The position numbers were made by a program, and so were the translations under genes. A DNA stretch of 64,000 bases, from the NCBI GenBank assembly GCA_903877385.1, contig CAIRDP010000023.1, positions 3,723 through 67,722 of the forward strand, read 5' to 3'. Below, piece by piece: positions 43,484-51,994 of this stretch. Every line of letters starts with the position of its first letter. The first letter of the stretch is position 1. The notes beneath the pieces are model-generated. The model searched no databases, was not told where the DNA came from, and was given only the letters and a program-made list of their open reading frames with translations. This DNA is from an uncultured Bacteroidales bacterium. Lineage in GTDB: Bacteria > Bacteroidota > Bacteroidia > Bacteroidales > FEN-979.

Positions 43484-44284
43484 ATGAACACGTATAAAAC
43501 GATTGAAACGATTACTGCGGAAGGGGTGCTCAGCATCTGCCTGAACCGGCCCGAAAAGCACAATGCCTTCAACGAAACCATGCTGCAGGAACTTACCGAT
43601 ATCTTCGGCAGGGTTGGCGGTATGGACGATGTGGTTTGCGTTGTGTTGCGAGGAAACGGAAAAAGTTTCTGTGCGGGCGTCGACCTGAACTGGATGAAGG
43701 ACGTGGCTTTGAACACCTTTGAGAAAAATTACCGGGAAAGCCTTTACCTGGCCGAATGTTTTTACACAATTTACACCTGCCCTAAACCGACTATCGCTAT
43801 TGCGCACGGTTCGGTGCTCGGGGGAGCCAACGGTCTGCTTTCGGCCTGCGATATGGCTTACTGTACCGATGATGCTGTTTTTTCACTTTCGGAAGTCAAG
43901 ATCGGCATTGTGCCCGCCTGCATTTCTCCCTATGTGATCAAAAGGATAGGCGAATACGGGGCAAGGGAACTGATGCTAACGGGAAGGAGAATAAACGGGA
44001 AGGAAGCCGAGCGGTACAGGCTGGTGAACCGCTCACTGCTATCCGCAGACATTGAAGAGGAAATCAAGGGCATCATCAGCCAGCTTAAAAGCAGCGGACC
44101 GGCGGCCTTGAGCCATTGCAAAACGCTTATCGACCAGGTCTCGAACAGTCTTACACTGAAAGAAGCCGTTGATTTTACCGCCAGGATGATTGCCGAGATC
44201 AGGGCTTCGGAGGAGGGGCAGGAAGGGATGAAAGCGTTTCTGGAGAAGAGAAAACCGAAATGGATGAACCAAGTCGCGAAGTAA
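43484..44284 (+). CDS. Enoyl-CoA hydratase/isomerase family protein (methylglutaconyl-CoA hydratase-like)
   Basis: LNRPEKHNAF, FCAGVDL, crotonase fold pattern EGMKAFLEKRKPKW. Confidence 0.85.
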   Translation: MNTYKTIETITAEGVLSICLNRPEKHNAFNETMLQELTDIFGRVGGMDDVVCVVLRGNGKSFCAGVDLNWMKDVALNTFEKNYRESLYLAECFYTIYTCPKPTIAIAHGSVLGGANGLLSACDMAYCTDDAVFSLSEVKIGIVPACISPYVIKRIGEYGARELMLTGRRINGKEAERYRLVNRSLLSADIEEEIKGIISQLKSSGPAALSHCKTLIDQVSNSLTLKEAVDFTARMIAEIRASEEGQEGMKAFLEKRKPKWMNQVAK

Positions 44285-46284
44285 TGAAACAGATAACAAA
44301 GATACTAATCGCAAACAGGGGCGAGATCGCGGTGAGGATCATGCGCACAGCGAAAAAGATGGGAATAAAGACCGTTGCGGTATATTCTGAGATCGATCAC
44401 GACTCCCTGCATGTGAGCCATGCCGACGAGGCATTCTGCATAGGCCATTCGGAGCTCAGCGAGACGTATCTCAATATTCAAAAGATCGTTGAAACGGCCA
44501 TCAGGGCAAAAGCCGATGCCATTCATCCGGGCTATGGTTTCCTCGCCGAGAATCCACTGTTTGTGCAGGCCTGCCAGGATGCAGGAATCATTTTCATCGG
44601 TCCTGGTGCAAAGGCCATGAGGCTGATGGGGAATAAAATCGAGGCCAGGAATTTCGCTAAAAAAATCAAGGTTCCCATTACCGAAGGAGTTACCGGCACT
44701 GCGAAAGAACTGGTAAGCGCCGCGCCAAAAATCGGCTTTCCTGTCCTGCTTAAGGCGGCAGCCGGTGGAGGAGGCAAGGGGATGCGCATAGTGCATGAGC
44801 CCTCAGAGCTGGAGGAAGCCATAGAAAGCACTTCCAGGCAGGCAAAAGCATACTTCGGCGATGAAACCGTTTACATCGAAAAGTTCATTGAGGAGCCGAG
44901 GCATATTGAAGTTCAGATACTGGCGGATGAGCAGGGTAACGTGATCCATCTTTTTGAAAGGGAATGCTCGATACAGAGACGCTACCAGAAAATCATTGAA
45001 GAATCCCCCTCCCCCACCCTGAGCCCTGAAGTGAGGCAGAAAATGGGCGAAGCAGCGGTGAGGATAGGAAAGGAAGCAGCTTACAGCAGCGCCGGGACCA
45101 TAGAATTCCTTGTCGACAAAGACCTGAATTTCTACTTCCTAGAGATGAACACCCGAATACAGGTTGAACATCCTGTGACCGAAATGGTGACAGGTATTGA
45201 TATCGTTGAGGAGCAGATCATCATTGCCTCGGGCCACAGCCTGAGGATAAAGCAGGAAGATGTGAGGCAAAAGGGGCATGCGATAGAATGCAGGATCTAT
45301 GCCGAGGACCCGTCGAACAGCTTCCTGCCCTCGCCGGGAAAAATGAGCCTGTACAAAGAACCAGGTACACCCGGCATCAGGCTCGACACCGGGGTTGTCG
45401 CGGGCACCGGCATCAAAAGCGCCTTTGACCCCATGATAGGCAAGCTGGTGGCCTGCGGCGACGACAGGGAAGAAGCCTCAAGGATCATGGTCAGCGCTCT
45501 TCAGGATTACATCATACACGGCATAAAAACCAATATTTCGTTCCTTACCAGCCTGCTTCAAAGCAAAGCCTTTGTTACGAATTCCATTACGACCAGGTTT
45601 TGCGATGAGCATCTGCAAGGGCTGATCACCTTGATGGAAGAAAAGAAACAGGCGTTCCCTCTGCATGTCCCCATTGCCGGGTACCTGCTGTCGAGCCTTA
45701 CCAATTCGCTTGCGCCGGTCTGTGAAAAGCTCAGTGTGTGGCAGCAGATCGGCTATTGGCGTGAGCTGATGAAGATCAGGCTGACGGCAGGCAGTGAGAT
45801 TACTGTGAGGATAAACCGGGTGGGGAAAGATTCTTTTGAGCTCGGCTTCCCCGGAGGATCGTACAGCTGCCGCATAGAAAGCTGGAAAAACAACCGCCTC
45901 GCTTTCAGCCTCAACGGGCATGATCATGTTGTTTATGTTTCGGAGGACAGTAACAACCTGGGTTTTGTAAGTGCAGGGGGCTTCCTGTTTTCGATCCAGA
46001 GGGCCGATCTGCTCACCGAAACCGTTTCAGCCGCATTACTTGATTCATCAAGCGAAGCGGGCGGGCATATCACTTCGCCCATGCCCGGCAAGGTGACCAG
46101 GATCAATGTACTTGAAGGGGAGGAAGTGAAAAAAGGCAAGGTCCTGCTGATCATTGAAGCCATGAAAATGGAAAACATGATCACAGCCCCCGTCGACGGA
46201 ACCGTGAAGATCATTAACGTAAAACTGGGGCAGATGGTCGAGACCAGTACTGCCCTGGTTGAGCTTGAGAAGATGGAGGGATGA
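44284..46284 (+). CDS. Acyl-CoA (methylcrotonoyl-CoA) carboxylase alpha subunit: biotin carboxylase + biotinyl domain
   Basis: KILIANRGEIAVRIMR, GGGGKGMRIV, EMNTRIQVEHPVTE, C-terminal EAMKMEN biotin attachment motif. The start overlaps the upstream stop (TAATG). Confidence 0.9.
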   Translation: MKQITKILIANRGEIAVRIMRTAKKMGIKTVAVYSEIDHDSLHVSHADEAFCIGHSELSETYLNIQKIVETAIRAKADAIHPGYGFLAENPLFVQACQDAGIIFIGPGAKAMRLMGNKIEARNFAKKIKVPITEGVTGTAKELVSAAPKIGFPVLLKAAAGGGGKGMRIVHEPSELEEAIESTSRQAKAYFGDETVYIEKFIEEPRHIEVQILADEQGNVIHLFERECSIQRRYQKIIEESPSPTLSPEVRQKMGEAAVRIGKEAAYSSAGTIEFLVDKDLNFYFLEMNTRIQVEHPVTEMVTGIDIVEEQIIIASGHSLRIKQEDVRQKGHAIECRIYAEDPSNSFLPSPGKMSLYKEPGTPGIRLDTGVVAGTGIKSAFDPMIGKLVACGDDREEASRIMVSALQDYIIHGIKTNISFLTSLLQSKAFVTNSITTRFCDEHLQGLITLMEEKKQAFPLHVPIAGYLLSSLTNSLAPVCEKLSVWQQIGYWRELMKIRLTAGSEITVRINRVGKDSFELGFPGGSYSCRIESWKNNRLAFSLNGHDHVVYVSEDSNNLGFVSAGGFLFSIQRADLLTETVSAALLDSSSEAGGHITSPMPGKVTRINVLEGEEVKKGKVLLIIEAMKMENMITAPVDGTVKIINVKLGQMVETSTALVELEKMEG

Positions 46285-46285
46285 T

Positions 46286-46310
46286 GGCGCTTCGCGCTGA
46301 TGCGGGATGG
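46286..46310. repeat. REP-like unit (GGCGCTTCGCGC + TGATGCGGGATGG)
   Basis: Same words as at 43426-43450 and 55275-55354. Confidence 0.7.
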
Positions 46311-46347
46311 GGGATGTTGGAAAAGATAAATATATAAAAGTGAAACT

Positions 46348-47358
46348 ATGAATTATCCTAAGAAAATAACAATTGGAGATATCACGGTAAGGGACGGGTT
46401 TCAGCACGAAGAGACTTTCATCCCCACCGGGGCCAAATTGTGGGTTGCAGAGCAGCTTATACTGGCCGGGTTCAGGCATATTGAAGTGACCAATCTCGGT
46501 AATCCGCAGGGAATGCCGCAGTTCAAAGATTCGGATATACTGTTGAAAGAGATCCGCAGCAGCAAAAAGGTGGCCCACCTCCTCGACAAGGTATCGCTTA
46601 CTGCGATCACCATACGCGAGAAGGCCATTGAGAGGGCGATACAGGCCAGGAAAGAAGGCTGGGGTCCCAACCGTATCCTGCTGATGGTATCGACCAGCGA
46701 ATCGCATCACAGGAAGAATTCAGGCTTGTCCCTGGCCGAGTACTGGGCTATGGCCGAAAAGTGGATCCCCCTGGCCAGGGAAGCAGGTCTTAAGGTGAAC
46801 GGGACCGTAAGCACGATCTGGGGCTGCCCTATCGAAGGGCCTACCGAGATGAGCAAGGCCATTGAATTTGCCAAACGCTGGTTCGAAATAGGCGCAAACG
46901 ATGTGGAGCATGCCGATCATGACGGCAGTGCGTCGCCCGACAGGGTTTACAGGTATTATTCCATGCTGCTTGAGGCCATTCCCAGGCCCGAGAAGCAGAT
47001 CGTGCATTTTCATACCACCCGCGGATGGGGCCTGGCCAATGTGCTTGCTGCTCTCCAGGCCGGCATGGTCAACTTTGAATCCACCATGGGAGGCATAGGC
47101 GGGCAACCTGCAAATTTTGTAAGCGGGGTGCCTGTGAGCGGAACGGGGAGCTATTATTATAAAGATCCCAACATCACCGGGCTTATCCCGACCGAGGATA
47201 TGGTTGTGATGATGGATGAGATGGGGATAGATACCGGGCTTGATGTGGACAAGGTTCTTGAGATCGGGAGCATGGTCGAACGGATAGTAGGCCGCCGCCT
47301 GCGTTCCGAAGCTATCAGGAACGGTAGGATCCCGAAGAACCTGACGGGAAGAGGGTGA
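46348..47358 (+). CDS. HMGL-like (pyruvate carboxyltransferase fold) lyase, 336 aa
   Basis: ITVRDGFQHE, HIEVTN, HFHTTRGWGLANVLAALQAG, GGIGGQP are HMGL-like domain patterns. Confidence 0.75.
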   Translation: MNYPKKITIGDITVRDGFQHEETFIPTGAKLWVAEQLILAGFRHIEVTNLGNPQGMPQFKDSDILLKEIRSSKKVAHLLDKVSLTAITIREKAIERAIQARKEGWGPNRILLMVSTSESHHRKNSGLSLAEYWAMAEKWIPLAREAGLKVNGTVSTIWGCPIEGPTEMSKAIEFAKRWFEIGANDVEHADHDGSASPDRVYRYYSMLLEAIPRPEKQIVHFHTTRGWGLANVLAALQAGMVNFESTMGGIGGQPANFVSGVPVSGTGSYYYKDPNITGLIPTEDMVVMMDEMGIDTGLDVDKVLEIGSMVERIVGRRLRSEAIRNGRIPKNLTGRG

Positions 47359-47427
47359 TTGAATATCGAATTATGAATTAATTTCGCTTTTCGCCATTTC
47401 GCCTTTCGCTATTTAAACTTTGAAGTA

Positions 47428-48282
47428 ATGAAACTGATAGATTCACCACGTGAAGGGATGCAGGGGCTGCCGGGATTTATTCCAACGGAGCATAAGGCAG
47501 AGTATATCAATGCATTGCTGAAAGCAGGTTTCGATACTGTGGAAGTGGGTAGCAGCGTTTCGTCAAAAGCCGTCCCCCAGATGAGCGACAGCCTGGAGGT
47601 CCTTGGCCGGCTTGATCTCTCATCATGCAAATCAAAGCTGATGATGTTGGTAGTGAATAAAAAAGGCGCTGCTATCGTTGCCGAAAGGGATGAGATCAGT
47701 TGTATCTCCTACCCTTTCTCATTTTCCCCTGAATTTCTGAAACGCAACCTGAACACGAATTTTGATGAAGCCTTGCTGATGGCCGATTACCTGCAGAATT
47801 TATGCAGTAAAAAGGGAAAAGATCTCATTTTATATATCTCCATGGCTTTCGGCAACCCCTATGGGGAAGAATGGAGCTATGAGAAGCTCATCGGTTCCGT
47901 TGAGAAATTGCAGAAGATGGGCATCAGGACCATCCCATTATCGAATGTATCGGTTCCGGTAAGCAAGGAGGCTGTGAGCGAGATTTTCTCAATGCTCATC
48001 CATGATTTTCCCTGTGTTGAATTCGGTTTGCACCTTCACACCACGGGAGAGAACTGGTTTGATGTGGTGGATGCCGCATACCTACAGGGCTGCAGGAGGT
48101 TCGACAGTGTGATCGGGGGATTGGGGGGATGCCCTATGGCTGATAAAACTTTGCTTGGAAACCTGAAAACAGAATACATGCTTGATTTCATGGAGCATTA
48201 CCGGATCGGGGGAGGTATTGAAAGGGCAAAAGTGGATTATGCGGGTCGGCTGGCCAAAAAGTATTTATTTTTACAATCCTGA
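47428..48282 (+). CDS. Hydroxymethylglutaryl-CoA lyase
   Basis: IDSPREGMQGL, VEVGS, HLHTT, GGLGGCP. Confidence 0.8.
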   Translation: MKLIDSPREGMQGLPGFIPTEHKAEYINALLKAGFDTVEVGSSVSSKAVPQMSDSLEVLGRLDLSSCKSKLMMLVVNKKGAAIVAERDEISCISYPFSFSPEFLKRNLNTNFDEALLMADYLQNLCSKKGKDLILYISMAFGNPYGEEWSYEKLIGSVEKLQKMGIRTIPLSNVSVPVSKEAVSEIFSMLIHDFPCVEFGLHLHTTGENWFDVVDAAYLQGCRRFDSVIGGLGGCPMADKTLLGNLKTEYMLDFMEHYRIGGGIERAKVDYAGRLAKKYLFLQS

Positions 48283-48309
48283 GTATTAACCAAAGATAAA
48301 ACCAAAAAC

Positions 48310-49455
48310 ATGATATTAACAGAAGAACATCATAATATCCGCAAGACGGTGCGGGATTTCGCCGAACGGGAGGTCAAACCCCAGGCAAGGGAGCTGGACG
48401 AAAAAGCCGAATTTTCCATCCCTCTCACAAAACGGATGGGGGAACTTGGATTTTTCGGGATCCGCACGGCCCACGAATACGGGGGGCTGGATATGGACAC
48501 GATTTCGTATGTGATCGCTGTTGAGGAAATGGCCAGGGTCGACGGGTCGCATGCAGCAACCCTCGCAGCCCATATTTCGCTTGGCATAGGTCCCATCATG
48601 AATTACGGGAACGGGGAGCAGAAGCAAAAATACCTTCCGATGCTGTCGAGTGGTGAGGGATTATGGGCATTCGGGCTTACCGAACCCGATGCGGGCAGTG
48701 ATTCCCGCGCCACCAAGACAACTGCCAGGCTGGAGGGCGATCAATGGGTGATCAACGGCTCAAAAATATTCATCACCAACGGGGCAAGTGCGATGAATAA
48801 GGGAGCCACGGTTCAGGTAGTCAGCGGGGAACAGAACGGGCAGAAAGAGTTTTCGACCATCCTGGTGGATGCAGACACCCCCGGGTTCAGGAGGGTTCCC
48901 ATGCACGGCAAGATGATGTGGAGGGCTTCCGACACAGCCCAGTTGTTTTTTGATGACTGCAGGGTTCCTGTGTCCAACCTCCTGGGAAAAAGAGGAGAAG
49001 GTTCCAAGATCATGCTCAACACCCTCGACAGCGGCCGCCTGGCCATAGCAGCCATGGGCCTTGGTTGCGCCCAGGGAGCTTTCGAGATGGCGCTCAAATA
49101 TGCAAAGGAACGCAAGCAGTTTGGCAAGCCCATTGGCCATTTCCAGGTTATTGCATTCAAACTGGCCGATATGGCCACAAAAATAGAACTGGCACGTAAT
49201 TTGCTGTACAAGGGTGCATGGCTTAAGTCCAACAACCAGCCATTTGCAAAAGAAGCCGCAATGGCAAAACTTTACTGTTCGGAAATTGCAAAGGAAGTGG
49301 CCGACGAAGCGGTCCAGATCTTTGGAGGCTACGGGCTTATGAAGGACTACGACATAGAAAGGTTTTACCGTGACCAGAGGCTGCTTCAGATCGGCGAAGG
49401 GACTTCTGAAATCCAGAGACTTGTAATATCAAGGTATATAGGAGTTTACGACTAA
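48310..49455 (+). CDS. Acyl-CoA dehydrogenase (isovaleryl-CoA dehydrogenase-like)
   Basis: GLTEPDAGSD, WVINGSKIFITNG, QIFGGYG, IGEGTSEIQR. Confidence 0.9.
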   Translation: MILTEEHHNIRKTVRDFAEREVKPQARELDEKAEFSIPLTKRMGELGFFGIRTAHEYGGLDMDTISYVIAVEEMARVDGSHAATLAAHISLGIGPIMNYGNGEQKQKYLPMLSSGEGLWAFGLTEPDAGSDSRATKTTARLEGDQWVINGSKIFITNGASAMNKGATVQVVSGEQNGQKEFSTILVDADTPGFRRVPMHGKMMWRASDTAQLFFDDCRVPVSNLLGKRGEGSKIMLNTLDSGRLAIAAMGLGCAQGAFEMALKYAKERKQFGKPIGHFQVIAFKLADMATKIELARNLLYKGAWLKSNNQPFAKEAAMAKLYCSEIAKEVADEAVQIFGGYGLMKDYDIERFYRDQRLLQIGEGTSEIQRLVISRYIGVYD

Positions 49456-49466
49456 AAAAAAGAATC

Positions 49467-51920
49467 ATGAAACGAATCAGCATTTTCATCATGGGTTTGT
49501 GTTTAAGCCTTATGGTGATGGCCCAGGCAAAGCAGGGAACTACCTCAAACTGGCCAAAACAGATCAACACTACGAACGGGAAGATCCTGGTGTACCAGCC
49601 ACAGCCCGATTCCCTTATAGGGATCAGGTTATACGGACGGGCGGCAGTTTCCTATACCAGGAACGGGCAGCAGCCCACATTCGGCGCCATCTGGTTCATG
49701 ACCACCATAGCGGTGGACCGCACAAGCAGGGAAGTGAGCATGAGCAGTGTGAAAATACTGAATGCCAGGTTCCCGAACCAGGACCAGAATTCAGACAAGA
49801 TTCAGAAATTCAAGAATACCCTGGAGACCGAGATCCCCAAATGGAACCTCGACATGACCATGGACGAGCTGAATGCCAGCCTCACCGATGCCAAGGCTAT
49901 AATGAAACAGGAAGCCGGCCTTAACAATACCCCTCCCGAGATTATTTTCGTAAAGACCCCCTCGGTACTCGTTCTGTTTGACGGTGAGCCGAAGTTCAAA
50001 CCTGTGCCTGATTCAAAGCTAGAGCAGGCTGTCAACACCCCTTATTTTGTGGTGCAGGAAACCGGCACTAAAGAGTATTATCTCTTTGGAAGCACCTGGT
50101 GGTATAAAACAAACGATGTTTTGAAAGGCCAGTGGGTTAATATTAAAGAACCTCCGAAAGACATTAAAAAGTTCCAGGCTGAACTGGAGGCCAAAGCAAA
50201 CGCAAACAAGGACAACAGCCAGCAGGCCTCATCAGCAGACGATAAATCGAAAAGCAAAACGCCTCCGGCTTCTCCCCCCCAGATCATTGTGAGAACATCG
50301 CCGGCCGAGCTTGTGCAGAGCAGCGGAGAGCCTGATTTTGCACCCATACAGGGTACCCAACTGCTGTATATGACCAACAGCGAGAATAATATTTTCATGT
50401 ACATTGACAAGCAGATGTATTATATCCTGATCTCGGGTCGCTGGTATACTTCTTCGGCTATGGCCGGCCCCTGGTCTTTCATTCCTTCGGACAAGCTGCC
50501 TGCAGATTTTGCAAGTATCCCCGAAGGTTCCGAAAAAGACCAGGTACTGGCTTCGGTAGCCGGGACTGAGGCTTCAAAGGAAGCCGTCCTGGATGCCCAG
50601 ATACCCCAGACAGCTGCAGTCGACCGCAAGACAGCGAGTTGCCAGGTGACTTACGACGGGGACCCCAAGTTCGTGCAGATCAAGGGGACCCTGTTATACA
50701 GGGCTGCGAACACCAGCAGTACCGTGATTATGGCCGAAAAGACGTATTATGTATGTGAAAATGCCGTATGGTTCGTGGGGAATTCCCCCATGGGCCCATG
50801 GGTTGTTGCCACGCAGATCCCTGATGATATCCAGAACATTCCCCCCGATGATCCCGTATATAATGTGAAGTACGTTTACATTTATGAATCCACTCCCGAT
50901 GTGGTTTACGTAGGTTACCTCCCGGGTTACACAGGGTGTTATGTTTACGGGCCTACCGTTGTTTACGGCACCGGGTTTTACTATAATCCCTGGTACGGGC
51001 CCTATTACTATCCAAGGCCTGTCACCTATGGTTTTGCAATGAATTACAACCCCTGGACAGGTTGGAGTTTCGGCTTCGGGATGTCGGTAGGATTTGTGAG
51101 TGTCGGTTTTTACGGTCCGCATCCGGGCGGATGGTGGGGACCTCCCATGTTCCATCCTCCTTTCTGCCCTCCCTACAATCATTTTTATGGCCCCAGGCCT
51201 CCTGTTTACAGGAATACGAATGTTAACGTGAACGTCAACAACAACTATTACAACAGGAACAATGTATATAACAACCAGAACGGCGTAAGGCCGGGATCGG
51301 GTACGAACTCCAGGCCCGGCACTACGCCCACGAACAGGGGTGGCAATCCGTCGACCCAGCCAGGGACAAGGCCGGGACAGGGGCAAGGACAGGGACAGGG
51401 AAACGACAGGGGTAAGCCGTCGACCCAGCCCGGGGGCCAGGGCAGCGGAGTAAACCGTGCGGGTACGGCTCCCAATTCAAAGAACAATGTATATACCGAC
51501 AAGAACGGGGATGTATACCGCAAGGACCAGAACAACAACTGGCAGAAGAACGACGGCAAGAACTGGAATAATGTGGACCAGGGTTCCGGCAGGACTGGCG
51601 GGCAGCCAACCACCCAGCCCGGCAGGCAGGATGGTACGACAAAGCCGGGAACTTCTCCATCGAACCAGCCATCGGGAAGGCCAAGCGGCCAACCGGCCCA
51701 GCAGCCATCGGCAAGGCCGGCGCCAAGCCAGCAGCCGGCAGCCCGGCCAGGCGGCAGCAGCAACGGAGGGAACTCCGGTTTTGACCGTTCCTCCATGGAC
51801 CGCCAGAGCCAGAGTCGTGACCGCGGACAGCAGCTGAACCAGAACGCCGGCAGTTTCCAGCGCAATTCGGGAGGTGGCGGTGCAGTTAGCCGTCCTTCTG
51901 GCGGAGGCGGAAGAAGGTAA
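49467..51920 (+). CDS. Secreted protein with repeated YY..WY..GPW modules and a ~300-aa N/Q/G/P/R-rich low-complexity tail
   Basis: Signal peptide MKRISIFIMGLCLSLMVMAQA. Modules EYYLFGSTWWY...GQW, MYYILISGRWY...GPW, TYYVCENAVWF...GPW. Tail includes NVNVNVNNNYYNRNNVYNNQNG and GQGQGQGQG. Confidence 0.7.
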   Translation: MKRISIFIMGLCLSLMVMAQAKQGTTSNWPKQINTTNGKILVYQPQPDSLIGIRLYGRAAVSYTRNGQQPTFGAIWFMTTIAVDRTSREVSMSSVKILNARFPNQDQNSDKIQKFKNTLETEIPKWNLDMTMDELNASLTDAKAIMKQEAGLNNTPPEIIFVKTPSVLVLFDGEPKFKPVPDSKLEQAVNTPYFVVQETGTKEYYLFGSTWWYKTNDVLKGQWVNIKEPPKDIKKFQAELEAKANANKDNSQQASSADDKSKSKTPPASPPQIIVRTSPAELVQSSGEPDFAPIQGTQLLYMTNSENNIFMYIDKQMYYILISGRWYTSSAMAGPWSFIPSDKLPADFASIPEGSEKDQVLASVAGTEASKEAVLDAQIPQTAAVDRKTASCQVTYDGDPKFVQIKGTLLYRAANTSSTVIMAEKTYYVCENAVWFVGNSPMGPWVVATQIPDDIQNIPPDDPVYNVKYVYIYESTPDVVYVGYLPGYTGCYVYGPTVVYGTGFYYNPWYGPYYYPRPVTYGFAMNYNPWTGWSFGFGMSVGFVSVGFYGPHPGGWWGPPMFHPPFCPPYNHFYGPRPPVYRNTNVNVNVNNNYYNRNNVYNNQNGVRPGSGTNSRPGTTPTNRGGNPSTQPGTRPGQGQGQGQGNDRGKPSTQPGGQGSGVNRAGTAPNSKNNVYTDKNGDVYRKDQNNNWQKNDGKNWNNVDQGSGRTGGQPTTQPGRQDGTTKPGTSPSNQPSGRPSGQPAQQPSARPAPSQQPAARPGGSSNGGNSGFDRSSMDRQSQSRDRGQQLNQNAGSFQRNSGGGGAVSRPSGGGGRR

Positions 51921-51931
51921 ATGATACAAAA

Positions 51932-51974
51932 AGCAGGAGGCCCGGGCTAACGCCCGGGCCTCCTGCTTTTTTTT
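51932..51974. terminator. Bidirectional rho-independent terminator between convergent genes
   Basis: AGCAGGAGGCCCGGG-ctaac-GCCCGGGCCTCCTGCT with a 5' A-run and a 3' T-run. Confidence 0.75.
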
Positions 51975-51994
51975 GCATCCACCAGGACCCCGGC

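Noticed and set aside
50694-51929. Four long ORFs (126-230 aa) in other frames and strands across the end of the 817-aa gene.
   Set aside because: Artefacts of the GC-rich low-complexity repeat region; their translations are Pro/Gly/Arg/Trp strings.
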